A DNA stretch of 64,000 bases from an uncultured Clostridia bacterium (GTDB lineage Bacteria > Bacillota > Clostridia > TANB77 > CAG-508). Position numbers and translations under genes: made by a program. A model generated the notes under the pieces. The model saw only the letters and a list, made by a program, of their open reading frames with translations. It was not told where the DNA came from and searched no databases. The DNA lies in contig CALXEU010000017.1 of the NCBI GenBank assembly GCA_944387395.1, positions 92 through 64,091 of the forward strand. Reading direction: 5' to 3'. How positions within the stretch are numbered: position 1 is the first letter of the stretch; each line of letters begins with the position of its first letter. Of this stretch, positions 47,629 to 57,175 are shown piece by piece.

Positions 47629-48096
47629 CTAATTATTTCCTGAATTTTTTAGCCAAGATACAGATAATTTATTTTTTATTTCTTCCCTAGCCATTTCATT
47701 TGTAATTTCATAATTATATGGAGCAATTAAAAATATAGAATTAGATACTTTTTGAATATGTCCATCAAGCGCATGAACAGCTCCACTTACTACATCTATT
47801 ATTCTTCTTGCTACATCCTTATTAACATATTCTAAATTTACAATTACAGATTGTTTTTCCTTTAATAAGTCACATATATCCTCTGCTTGATCAAAAGTTG
47901 TTGGTTGAGATATAACCATTTTTATTTGTTGTACTTGTGGCATTGAAACTACTTTATTTTTTCTTCCAAATAATCTGTTGTTTTCTCTTTCGTCATCTTC
48001 TTCTACAACTTCTTCTTCGTTGTCGTATCCGTTTTCTTCTTCTTCTTCAGCATCCATTCCAAATGCTCCCCATATTTTATTCATAATTGCTGACAT
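47629..48096 (-). CDS. sepF: cell division protein SepF
   Basis: DUF552 core (FDQAEDICDLLKEKQSVIVNL...IFLIAP) and an acidic N-terminal linker. Confidence 0.8.
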   Translation of the reverse strand: MSAIMNKIWGAFGMDAEEEEENGYDNEEEVVEEDDERENNRLFGRKNKVVSMPQVQQIKMVISQPTTFDQAEDICDLLKEKQSVIVNLEYVNKDVARRIIDVVSGAVHALDGHIQKVSNSIFLIAPYNYEITNEMAREEIKNKLSVSWLKNSGNN

Positions 48097-48235
48097 TATA
48101 AACCTCCTAAAAATTATTGTCCTATGTATTTTCTATTTTATACAAAATTAACATTTGCATATAGTATCTATCTTTTTATAAATATTGTCAAGAGTTTTTA
48201 AAGTAATGTAATTGTAATTTAATTTTTTTGTAATA

Positions 48236-49546
48236 CTATTGTAATAAATGTTGTTCTGTTGGATTTAAAACAATTTCATCATATAGTGCTATATTTTTCA
48301 TGCTATATATCTCAGAACTCGAAAATCCTAATTCTTTTAGTTCATCACTACTATATGAAGATACTATACTAAATTCTTCATTCTGGTTTTGTATTTTAAC
48401 AAGCATTTTATCGTAATAACCGTTTCTGTTTCTTATAACATAAGATAATTCTCCAATTTTATATATTGCTTCATTTGGAACTCTAAATCCCTCTTCGCTC
48501 CACCATATTATATCTATAGAAATTTTTCTGTAGGGAATTAAATCCTCCACATTTTCTGATATTTTTATTGCAATTGTTCTACTTTCGTCATCTTCTTCTA
48601 TTATATTAACTATTTCTGCTGAAACCTTAACTGAATTAGGTAACCTAATTTTTAAATCATCTCCAACATTTACACCTTTTGATTGTTCTGATTTTGAATT
48701 TAATATAATATAGCATTCATAATTGTTAATTATCTTTCCTGTTTCTTCGCTAGTTGGAATTATTTGAGAAGTCTTTAGATTTAAGTTTTCTAAAAATTTC
48801 TTATCCAAAGTACCAAAACTTTGTGGAGTTAAAACATTTTCTAATCCATCAACTCTATATGACACAACTCCACTTTCTGGCGCATTTACATACTCAGCAT
48901 TTGCAGTCAAACTTTCTTTGTATTGATTTTTTTGCTCAATTAGTTGTTTTAACTCCGAATTTGCAGGGCTATATTCTCCAGCTATTTCTGCCTTTTTATT
49001 TATATACGTATTTATATTGTTTTTGTAATCTTTTATTTTTTGAATTGAGTTTTCACCATCTAATGCTGCTATTTGTTCTTCTATCTGACTCTCAAGCAGT
49101 TTTATATCCCTTGGAAAAACTGTTTTCTGATTTTGCATTATTTCTTGTATTTGATTATCTATTTCTGCTATTTTTTCTTTTATTTGTTCTTCTCCTGATG
49201 TATAGTATCTATATATTGAATCTCCTTTTGCTACTCTTTCTCCTTCTTCTTTAATCCTTATCATTCCATTTTTATAGTTTTCGCCCTGAACCGTTATTTC
49301 ATCTCTAACAATATATGCTGTTACGCTTTCCCATTCAGAAATTTCTCCTGTAGTTACTAAAAATGTATCAGTTGGATTGCTTATAAAGCCTATTGTTGAA
49401 TATGCTATTATTATAATAAGAATGATTGCAAATACACTGAATATACCTAATTTTATTTTATTAACCTTTCTGCTTTTTTTCATATTATTTTCGTAAAAAT
49501 AATTTTTTTCTACATTTATTTTATTTTTTTCCACCTGTAATTTCAT
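48236..49546 (-). CDS. HlyD-like membrane fusion/adaptor-type protein (single N-terminal TM, coiled coil, beta domain)
   Basis: Architecture only. The start is placed at the ATGA overlap with the miaA stop codon. Confidence 0.45.
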   Translation of the reverse strand: MKLQVEKNKINVEKNYFYENNMKKSRKVNKIKLGIFSVFAIILIIIIAYSTIGFISNPTDTFLVTTGEISEWESVTAYIVRDEITVQGENYKNGMIRIKEEGERVAKGDSIYRYYTSGEEQIKEKIAEIDNQIQEIMQNQKTVFPRDIKLLESQIEEQIAALDGENSIQKIKDYKNNINTYINKKAEIAGEYSPANSELKQLIEQKNQYKESLTANAEYVNAPESGVVSYRVDGLENVLTPQSFGTLDKKFLENLNLKTSQIIPTSEETGKIINNYECYIILNSKSEQSKGVNVGDDLKIRLPNSVKVSAEIVNIIEEDDESRTIAIKISENVEDLIPYRKISIDIIWWSEEGFRVPNEAIYKIGELSYVIRNRNGYYDKMLVKIQNQNEEFSIVSSYSSDELKELGFSSSEIYSMKNIALYDEIVLNPTEQHLLQ

Positions 49547-50472
49547 TCCTTCCATATAGAACTAGAGTGTAAAATGGCTTTTATATTGTCTTCTATATTA
49601 TCTAATCCGTTAAGCCATTTTATATTCTCTATTTTTCTAAACCATGTAAGTTGTCTTTTGGCATATCTTCTTGTTTCCATTTTAATCTTTTCTATCATTT
49701 CTTCTTTTGTATATAAATTATTTATATAGTCAATAACTTCTTTATATCCAATAGCTTGAGCAGAAGTATATAATTCTTTTCCGTATTTTTTGTAGAGTCT
49801 TGTTACTTCATCAATTAATCCCGCTTCTAACATTAATTCCACTCTTTTATTAATTCTTTCATATAAAATTTCTCTAGGAAAATCTATTCCATAAACATCG
49901 TAATTATATGGTACTCCATTTTTTCTTGATTCTTCTTCTAATTGTGTTTTAGTTTTTCCTGTTTGTTTATATATTTCAAGAATCCTTAATATTCTTTTTT
50001 GATCATTTTGACTAATTTTTAAAGTTGCTTCTTTATCTATCTTCATTGCTTTTTCATATAAATATTGTAATCCATTATTTTTTGCAATTTCTTCTAATTC
50101 TCTTCTATATTCTAAATCAGTCTCAACTTCTGGATAATCTATTCCATATATTAGTGAATTTACATATAAGCCTGTCCCACCAACAACTATTGGTATTTTT
50201 TCTTTTTCTATTATTTCATTTATTGCAATTAGAGCGTTCTTCTTATATTCTGCAACGCTGTATCTTTTAACTGGTGATATTCCTCCTACCATGTAATGTT
50301 TTATTCCCTGCATTTCTTCTTTTGTTACTTTAGCAGTTCCTATATCCATTTCATCATAAATTTGCATTGAGTCTGCAGAAACTATTTCACCATTTATTTT
50401 TTTTGCAAGTTCAATGGATAATGCAGTTTTTCCGCTTGCAGTAGGGCCACATATTACTATTACTTTTTGCAT
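49543..50472 (-). CDS. miaA: tRNA dimethylallyltransferase MiaA
   Basis: P-loop GPTASGKT and the MiaA core. Confidence 0.9.
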   Translation of the reverse strand: MQKVIVICGPTASGKTALSIELAKKINGEIVSADSMQIYDEMDIGTAKVTKEEMQGIKHYMVGGISPVKRYSVAEYKKNALIAINEIIEKEKIPIVVGGTGLYVNSLIYGIDYPEVETDLEYRRELEEIAKNNGLQYLYEKAMKIDKEATLKISQNDQKRILRILEIYKQTGKTKTQLEEESRKNGVPYNYDVYGIDFPREILYERINKRVELMLEAGLIDEVTRLYKKYGKELYTSAQAIGYKEVIDYINNLYTKEEMIEKIKMETRRYAKRQLTWFRKIENIKWLNGLDNIEDNIKAILHSSSIWKE

Positions 50473-50496
50473 TTTCTATAAAAATCCTTTCGAATT

Positions 50497-50955
50497 TTAA
50501 TTATTTATTACATTTTCATTAACGCTATTTGACATTTCGTTCATCATTCTAATTATTCCATTTTGAATATTTCTAAAGTAAAAGAATTCTGAAATTATTA
50601 AAAAGATTGCTATCACTCCTATAATAATAACCCTTTTATTAAAATTCTCCATTTTTATTTCTTTTCTTCTTGCTTTTTTATAAGAATTAATAAGAAATGG
50701 TAATATTATAATTGAATTAACTGGTACAAATGTAAAAGTTATCATATTTTTACTATTTTCAGATACTTCTTTTTCAATTCCTATAGAGCTAAAGAAATAT
50801 GTAATAGATATTACTATATACATTACTCCAACAGCTATCATTGTATATAACATTCTCTTATTTTTATCTATTTTTTTATCAAATGAATGATATGTTAAAA
50901 GTAGCGCTACACAGTTTGCTACAAATATAAATAGTACTATAACTAATTTATCCAT
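50497..50955 (-). CDS. hypothetical membrane protein (4 TM)
   Basis: Hydrophobic segments only. No family assigned. Confidence 0.45.
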   Translation of the reverse strand: MDKLVIVLFIFVANCVALLLTYHSFDKKIDKNKRMLYTMIAVGVMYIVISITYFFSSIGIEKEVSENSKNMITFTFVPVNSIIILPFLINSYKKARRKEIKMENFNKRVIIIGVIAIFLIISEFFYFRNIQNGIIRMMNEMSNSVNENVINN

Positions 50956-51000
50956 ATTTAATACACTATCCCTTCTCTTATTTCATGTTAATAATTTTCT

Positions 51001-53214
51001 TTACTGTATTCTCGAAAATTTCTTTTCTATATCATATTTAGTCAATTTCATTGCAACAGCATTACCATCTATTCCTATAAATGGATTAGGTAGTACAAAT
51101 AAAGAATCTAATAATTTTATTATTTCTGGTGTTTCTAATTTTTTCTTTTCTTGTTTTGCTACATTTTTTGCTATTGTTTGTATAAATTTTTCTTCAATTC
51201 CTGCTTTGTCTGTTCGAGCGACTGTATTTATAGAATCTAATATTTCTATAAATATATCTTTTGTTTCTAAATCTATTATTAGTTCTGGTACTCCGCTTAG
51301 TTTTACAGTATTTTCTCCAAATTCTTCTACCATAAAGCCTGCTTTTCTTAACATTTCTACATTATCTCTATATATTCCCATTTTTTTATAATCTAATGTA
51401 ATTATGTCTGGTAATAGCATTAGTTGTGAATTTTTTTCTCCTTCATTTGAATAATATTCTTCTTTCATTTTTTTATATATAATTTTTGCATTTGCTTCCT
51501 GCCAGTTTATTATATATAAATTCTCATTCATCTCCACTACAATGTATGAATCAAATGCTATTCCTATATATTTATATATTGGTTTTGTGGCATATTGTGA
51601 TACATTTTCAAATAGAGAAATATTTTTTTCTGTTGTAACAGGCTTAAATTCATTTGATATATCTGTTTTATCTGTATTTTCCTGTTTTTTTACTGCTAGT
51701 CCAAAGTTTTTTTCATACATTTCTAAGAATTTGCTATCTATTTTTGAGTCATTTTGCGTTGCTGTATTATTTTCTACAATATTATTATTGTTAATTTTCT
51801 GGCTTTCATTTTTTTCTTCATATTTTTCGCTATTTTCTACTGTCTTTTCTTCTTGTGTTGTTGCAGTATTTATTTCATTTTCTTGTTTTATTGTTTCTTC
51901 TTTTTCTATATTTTCATTTTCTTGATTTATTTTTTGAATATTTTGTTCTTTTGAATTTCTAAGTGTTTCGTTCATTTTCTTTATTCGTTCTAATATATTT
52001 TCAAATGCTTCTTCACTTTTCTTTTCAATATCTTGTATAGTCTGATTTGATTGTTTTTGAGTATCATTTAAATTTGTTGTTTCTATATTTTGAGTTGGTG
52101 TTGATATTATTTTATCTATTTTTTCTATTTGCTTCGTTGTTTCCATTGTTTTTGGTTCTGAATATGGATTATAATTTTCTTTATTTATAAAATCAAATTG
52201 GGTATTTACTGAATTAGATGATTTTGTTTCACCTTTTAGTCCTTCTTTTATTGCATGGTATATTGCTTTAAATACCTGGTTTTCTTCTTGAAACCTTACT
52301 TCAAGTTTAGCTGGATGTACATTTACATCTACTTTTTTAGAATCCATTTCTAAATCTAAAATTAGAAATCCATGTCTTCCACTTGCTATTATATCCTTAA
52401 ATGCTTGTTCTGCAGCACTAGATAGTGTTTTGTCTTTTACAAATCTTTTATTTACATAGAATAATTGATTTGATCTATTTGATCTTGAAATTTCTGGTTT
52501 TCCAATTACTCCTTTTACATACATATCTTCATATTGGTATTCTATATTTATAAGATTTTCTGCTATTTCTTTTCCATATATATTATATATTACACTTCTT
52601 ATATCTCCATTTCCAGGAGTCTGTATTACTGTTCTTCCACTATTTATTAATTTTATTGCAATTTCTGGGTGTATTAATGCTATTCTTGTTACTGCATCTT
52701 CTATGTATCCTGCTTCTGTAAAATCTTTTCTTAGGAATTTATATCTCACAGGTGTGTTATAAAATAGATTCTCTATTGTTATTATTGTACCATTAGGACA
52801 GGCGGCTTCTTCTTTTTTTAAAATTTTTCCACCTTCTATTACTACTTCATATCCATTATTTTCATCCGCTGTTTTAGAAAGTAAACTTACTTTTGCAATT
52901 GCAGCTATACTTGCTAATGCCTCTCCTCTAAACCCCATAGTATTTACATAGTCTAATTCTTCTGCATTTCTTAATTTACTGGTTGCATGACGCTCGAATG
53001 CGATTTCCATATCGTCTTGCATTATTCCTTTTCCGTTGTCAGTTACACGAATGTATGAAATTCCACCATTTCTAATCTCAACTGTAATTTGTGTTGCTCC
53101 TGCATCTATTGAGTTTTCCATTATTTCTTTTATTGCTGAAGCAGGTCTTTCTATTACTTCTCCAGCTGCTATTTTGTTTATTGTATCATTATCTAATAAA
53201 ACTATTTTTCCCAT
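51001..53214 (-). CDS. mutL: DNA mismatch repair protein MutL
   Basis: GHKL ATPase N-terminal domain (AAGEVIERPASAIKE), a long low-complexity linker and a C-terminal dimerisation domain. Confidence 0.9.
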   Translation of the reverse strand: MGKIVLLDNDTINKIAAGEVIERPASAIKEIMENSIDAGATQITVEIRNGGISYIRVTDNGKGIMQDDMEIAFERHATSKLRNAEELDYVNTMGFRGEALASIAAIAKVSLLSKTADENNGYEVVIEGGKILKKEEAACPNGTIITIENLFYNTPVRYKFLRKDFTEAGYIEDAVTRIALIHPEIAIKLINSGRTVIQTPGNGDIRSVIYNIYGKEIAENLINIEYQYEDMYVKGVIGKPEISRSNRSNQLFYVNKRFVKDKTLSSAAEQAFKDIIASGRHGFLILDLEMDSKKVDVNVHPAKLEVRFQEENQVFKAIYHAIKEGLKGETKSSNSVNTQFDFINKENYNPYSEPKTMETTKQIEKIDKIISTPTQNIETTNLNDTQKQSNQTIQDIEKKSEEAFENILERIKKMNETLRNSKEQNIQKINQENENIEKEETIKQENEINTATTQEEKTVENSEKYEEKNESQKINNNNIVENNTATQNDSKIDSKFLEMYEKNFGLAVKKQENTDKTDISNEFKPVTTEKNISLFENVSQYATKPIYKYIGIAFDSYIVVEMNENLYIINWQEANAKIIYKKMKEEYYSNEGEKNSQLMLLPDIITLDYKKMGIYRDNVEMLRKAGFMVEEFGENTVKLSGVPELIIDLETKDIFIEILDSINTVARTDKAGIEEKFIQTIAKNVAKQEKKKLETPEIIKLLDSLFVLPNPFIGIDGNAVAMKLTKYDIEKKFSRIQ

Positions 53215-53440
53215 TTGTTAATAAATTCCTTTCTTTTGTCGTGGAGTATTTGGTATGTATTATATCATTAAAATTTGTGTTTTGTATACCTTTTTTAGAA
53301 AATAATTCTAAGTTGTTATAACTTAAATTTAGTATAATTATATTTGTTTAATTGTAACACTTATTTTAAATTAGAATATTATATATTAAACTAAAGAATT
53401 TATAAATTAATTTATATTCTTTGTAAGGAGGTATTTTTAT

Positions 53441-53572
53441 ATGGGAATGTGTTGCGGTAACAATAGTGAACTTCTTTGGTTCATAATTTTATTCTTACTT
53501 CTTTTCTGCTGCGGTTGTGGAAATAATTGTGGATGTAATAACGGATGCGGAAACAGTTGTGGATGTAACTAG
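53441..53572 (+). CDS. YjcZ-like tiny TM peptide (43 aa) MGMCCGNNSELLWFIILFLLLFCCGCGNNCGCNNGCGNSCGCN
   Basis: Not in the ORF track. RBS AAGGAGG 8 nt upstream. A hydrophobic core is flanked by Cys/Gly/Asn repeats. Confidence 0.6.
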   Translation: MGMCCGNNSELLWFIILFLLLFCCGCGNNCGCNNGCGNSCGCN

Positions 53573-53620
53573 TTAGAGTACTTAGAATAAATTAATTATA
53601 TTTTAGGGGAGGTGAATTGC

Positions 53621-53740
53621 ATGCAAGACAATAGATGTTGTGGTGGTAGCAATATTTTCGGTGGAAATAATTGTTGCTGGATTTTTATAGTATTAATTCT
53701 TATATTCTGCTGTTGTGGATCAAACAATGGTTGTTGCTAA
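53621..53740 (+). CDS. YjcZ-like tiny TM peptide (39 aa) MQDNRCCGGSNIFGGNNCCWIFIVLILIFCCCGSNNGCC
   Basis: Not in the ORF track. RBS GGGGAGG. Tandem with the previous peptide gene, 48 nt apart. Terminator follows immediately. Confidence 0.6.
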   Translation: MQDNRCCGGSNIFGGNNCCWIFIVLILIFCCCGSNNGCC

Positions 53741-53746
53741 CATAAA

Positions 53747-53778
53747 ATAGCTTAGGTATATACCTAAGCTATTTTTTA
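53747..53778 (+). terminator. rho-independent terminator
   Basis: ATAGCTTAGGTA-ta-TACCTAAGCTAT followed by TTTTTT. Confidence 0.8.
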
Positions 53779-53783
53779 TTATT

Positions 53784-53858
53784 TGGTTGGGCTGGCTAGA
53801 TTCGAACTAGCGCATGCATGAGTCAAAGTCATGTGCCTTACCGCTTGGCTACAGCCCA
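53784..53858 (-). tRNA. tRNA-Gln (anticodon TTG)
   Basis: U1:A72 acceptor TGGGCTG/CAGCCCA. Anticodon arm CATGA-CTTTGAC-TCATG. T-arm GCTAG-TTCGAAT-CTAGC. Encoded CCA. Confidence 0.85.
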
Positions 53859-53876
53859 ATGTATTTATTAAATTAC

Positions 53877-53954
53877 TGGGGTGGAATGTGGGACTCGAAC
53901 CCACGGTCTCCAGTGCCACAAACTGGCGCGTTAACCAACTACGCTAAATCCACC
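53877..53954 (-). tRNA. tRNA-His (anticodon GTG)
   Basis: Extra 5' G(-1). Anticodon arm CCAGT-TTGTGGC-ACTGG. T-arm GTGGG-TTCGAGT-CCCAC. Encoded CCA. Confidence 0.85.
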
Positions 53955-54059
53955 ATTTAGATAATGCATTAGTTAAACCTAAATGCATTATCTATTTTAA
54001 CTCATTTTATACTATTTTGTCAACTATTAATTTAAATTTTTTTATTTTATTTTAAATTA

Positions 54060-54740
54060 TTATTCTTCTATTGCCCAGATAACTAGTCTTTTATTCGCCT
54101 GAGAGTTATCCGTACAAGTTGATAATGATATTTCTCTCTTTCCATTTGTTTCTCTAGTAAGGAAATCACTATCTTCACCAGTTGTTTCATATATATTGTA
54201 AATATTATATTTTATTTTTGTTCCTGAATTATCTGTTATATAGATTTTATCTCCCAATTGTAACTTATCATTGTTTCCAAAGAATGAACCATTTCTATAG
54301 TTGTGGCCAACTATTGTAGTATTTCCTATTTGGTTAAGTCCTGGTCCATATAGTATAGCAACTGCAGCTTCTATAGAATCTCGAGTTGTTCTTTCTAAAA
54401 CTGGATACTTTAAATCTATTGCTGGTATTTCTATAGTTCCTTCAACATTATACCCTTTATATGTAACTTTACTTGGAGTTGAAGGTGTTGATGGTTGTTC
54501 AGGATTTGGTACTTGTGTATTTGTTTCTATAGATGGTATCTCTATATTTTCTGTGTTTTCAGTATTTTGAGTTGTTTGATTTAAAGTTTCGTTAAATTTT
54601 CCTAATACTTCTGATACTTCTTGTTCTGTCATATATTTGTTTATTACATCATATCCTAAAAATCCTAATAAAATTAAGACTCCTATTGCAACTATTATTA
54701 GTAATATTGTTAAAAATTTTCCATATTTACTATCAGTCAT
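54060..54740 (-). CDS. sortase family protein
   Basis: N-terminal TM anchor. Catalytic His region (GHNYRNGSFFG) and the LSTC active-site Cys motif. Confidence 0.7.
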   Translation of the reverse strand: MTDSKYGKFLTILLIIVAIGVLILLGFLGYDVINKYMTEQEVSEVLGKFNETLNQTTQNTENTENIEIPSIETNTQVPNPEQPSTPSTPSKVTYKGYNVEGTIEIPAIDLKYPVLERTTRDSIEAAVAILYGPGLNQIGNTTIVGHNYRNGSFFGNNDKLQLGDKIYITDNSGTKIKYNIYNIYETTGEDSDFLTRETNGKREISLSTCTDNSQANKRLVIWAIEE

Positions 54741-54811
54741 TTACTTCTCTCCTTTTTTCTACATATATACTTTTATTATATCATATATTGTCTAATTTGA
54801 GTAGTATATTT

Positions 54812-55156
54812 TTAAATTATTTTTGGTCCCATTTTGCAACCTGCAAGTAAATGAAAGTGTAAATGCATTACCTCTTGTCCTGAATCTCTTCCACAGTTAC
54901 TTATAATTCTAAAACCGTCTTCTTGTATTCCTAATTTTTCAGCTATTTTATTGATTGCTGAAAAAATATCTGCATAAATCATTGTATCTTGTTCTTTTAC
55001 ATCTAATATATTGTTATAATGTTTTTTAGGTATTATTAATACATGTATTGGTGCAGCAGGGTTTATATCTTTAAATGCATATATGTTTTCGTCTTCATAA
55101 ACTTTTTGAGATGGTATTTCTCCTTTTACAATTTTGCAAAATAAACAATCTTCCAT
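54812..55156 (-). CDS. HIT family protein (histidine triad nucleotide hydrolase)
   Basis: HxHxHxx motif (HLHFHLL). 114 aa. Confidence 0.85.
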   Translation of the reverse strand: MEDCLFCKIVKGEIPSQKVYEDENIYAFKDINPAAPIHVLIIPKKHYNNILDVKEQDTMIYADIFSAINKIAEKLGIQEDGFRIISNCGRDSGQEVMHLHFHLLAGCKMGPKII

Positions 55157-55315
55157 TTTTATTCACATTCCTTTCTAGGCATAAAACTGGTTGGAAAAGA
55201 ATTAAATTTTGACTAGAAAAATGAGTTTGAAATTTATGAGGCGTACTCCTTGTACGTTGATTAAATTTCAAATGAAATTTGACAACGTCAAAATTGTAAT
55301 TATTTTTCAACCTTT
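55157..55315 (-). repeat. structured ~150-nt leader-like element, copy B, upstream of the HIT gene
   Basis: Aligns with copies A and C. Closing helix GGTTGAAAAATAATTA / TAATTCTTTTCCAACC. Inner helix ATTTTGAC/GTCAAAAT covaries with A and C, which have GGC/GCC at the same positions. Ends GAAAGGAATGTGA. Confidence 0.6.
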
Positions 55316-55334
55316 CCTCCATTTTTATAACAAT

Positions 55335-57089
55335 CTAACAAAGTATAGCCTTAATTCTTCTAACTCCTGCAGAACTTGCTTCTTCTTTCTTTATTTTAAA
55401 TATTCCAAGTTCACTAGTATTTTTAACATGTGGACCTCCGCATAATTCTTTAGATATATTTCCAATAGAATAAACGGTTACTATATCTGGATATTTTTCT
55501 ATAAACATACATTCTGCACCTGATTTTATTGCATCTTCTTTGCTCATTTCTTCACATTTTACATCTAATCCTTCTTGTATCCACTTGTTTACTTGCTCTT
55601 CAACTTTTTGTTTTTCCTCATCTGTAAGTTTGTGGTCACAGTTAAAGTCAAAACGCATTCTTTCTTCTGTTATATTTGAGCCTTTTTGATGTATGTCTTT
55701 ATTTACTATTAATTTTAATGCTGCATTTAAAAGGTGTGTTGCTGTATGATATTTTGTTTCTATTTCGCTGTTTCCTGCAAGTCCACCTTTGAATTTATGT
55801 TCGCTTCCCATTCTTGATTTTTCTTGGTGTTCTTTGAATAGTTCATTAAATTTTTCAGCATCTATTTTATAGCCTTTTTCTGTTGCTAAGTCTTTTGTAA
55901 CCTCTGGTGGGAATCCATAAGTTTCATATAGTGTAAATAGGTCTTGTCCTGAAATTGTATCTTGTTTTTCATTTTGTAATTTTGTTATTATTTTATTAAA
56001 TTCTCTTTCTCCTCTTTCTAGAGTTTTGCCGAATTTATCTTTCTCTTCTAATATTACATTTTTTATTCTATCTTTATTTTTTTCTAATTCTGGATACATT
56101 TCTTTTAGTATGTCTATATTTAAGTCAATTAATTCAGAAAGTTTATTTAAATCTATTTGTAATTTTCTTAAATGTCTTACCATTCTACGAATTAATCTTC
56201 TTAAAATGTATCCTCTATCTACATTGCTTGGTATTCCACCGTCTAGAATTATCATCATACTAGCACGTAAGTGTTCTGCTACTATTCTTCTGCTAGCGAT
56301 ATCATCTACTTCTGAAAGTTCTTCTAATTTTTCCATTATTGGACTAAATATTTCTATTTCAAATGGTGTTTGTTTACCTTGTAATAACATTGCCATTCTT
56401 TCTAATCCTAATCCTGTATCTACATTGTGTTGTTTTAATTTTGTATAATGTCCATCTTTATCTTTAAAATATTCCATAAATACGTTGTTCCATATTTCTA
56501 CATATTTACCGCATCCACATGATGGATTACATTTTTCTGAGCATTTTGGCTTTCCTGTATCATAAAACATTTCTGTGTCTGGTCCACATGGTCCTGTCTC
56601 GCCTGCAATCCACCAGTTGTCATCTTTTCCAAAATAGTAAATTCTCTCTTCCGGTATTCCTGCTTTTTTCCAACATTCTGCAGTTACTGTATCTCTTGGG
56701 CAATCTTCGTCTCCAGCAAAGCAAGTTACTGATATTTTTTCAGCTGGAATTTCTAATTCCTTTGTTAGAAATTCATAACTCATTGCAATTGATTCTTCTT
56801 TAAAATAGTCTCCTAATGACCAGTTTCCTAACATTTCAAAATATGTTAAATGACGATTATCTCCTACTTCGTCAATATCATTTGTACGTAAGCATTTTTG
56901 ATAGTCTGTAAGCCTTGTTCCTTCTGGATGCTTTTTTCCTAGTAAATATGGTACTAATGGTTGCATTCCAGCTGTTGTAAATAAAACTGATGGATCGTTT
57001 TCTGGTATTAGTGGGCTACTTGGTATTATTTTATGTCCATGCTCTTCAAAAAATTTTAAGTATTTATTTCTTATTTCTATTGCCTTCAT
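55335..57089 (-). CDS. alanine--tRNA ligase-like protein lacking the C-terminal (C-Ala) domain
   Basis: AlaRS catalytic and tRNA-recognition domains, then the editing-domain core (H..THLL ... CGGPHV). Only 584 aa against ~870 for canonical AlaS. Confidence 0.7.
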   Translation of the reverse strand: MKAIEIRNKYLKFFEEHGHKIIPSSPLIPENDPSVLFTTAGMQPLVPYLLGKKHPEGTRLTDYQKCLRTNDIDEVGDNRHLTYFEMLGNWSLGDYFKEESIAMSYEFLTKELEIPAEKISVTCFAGDEDCPRDTVTAECWKKAGIPEERIYYFGKDDNWWIAGETGPCGPDTEMFYDTGKPKCSEKCNPSCGCGKYVEIWNNVFMEYFKDKDGHYTKLKQHNVDTGLGLERMAMLLQGKQTPFEIEIFSPIMEKLEELSEVDDIASRRIVAEHLRASMMIILDGGIPSNVDRGYILRRLIRRMVRHLRKLQIDLNKLSELIDLNIDILKEMYPELEKNKDRIKNVILEEKDKFGKTLERGEREFNKIITKLQNEKQDTISGQDLFTLYETYGFPPEVTKDLATEKGYKIDAEKFNELFKEHQEKSRMGSEHKFKGGLAGNSEIETKYHTATHLLNAALKLIVNKDIHQKGSNITEERMRFDFNCDHKLTDEEKQKVEEQVNKWIQEGLDVKCEEMSKEDAIKSGAECMFIEKYPDIVTVYSIGNISKELCGGPHVKNTSELGIFKIKKEEASSAGVRRIKAILC

Positions 57090-57175
57090 TTAAACTTCTC
57101 CTTCTTACATTTATTCTATGTAATTTTACCATCTAATATAATTTTGTCAAGTTAGCTTTTTGTGTTTTTATTTTA

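Noticed and set aside
53958-54042. Promoter (TTGACA-18-TAAAAT) for the tRNA-His/tRNA-Gln operon and a 13-bp hairpin TAGATAATGCATT...AATGCATTATCTA
   Set aside because: The predicted TSS would fall inside the hairpin's arm, so the two interpretations conflict. Left unannotated. The hairpin may instead be a terminator or attenuator for the sortase gene.
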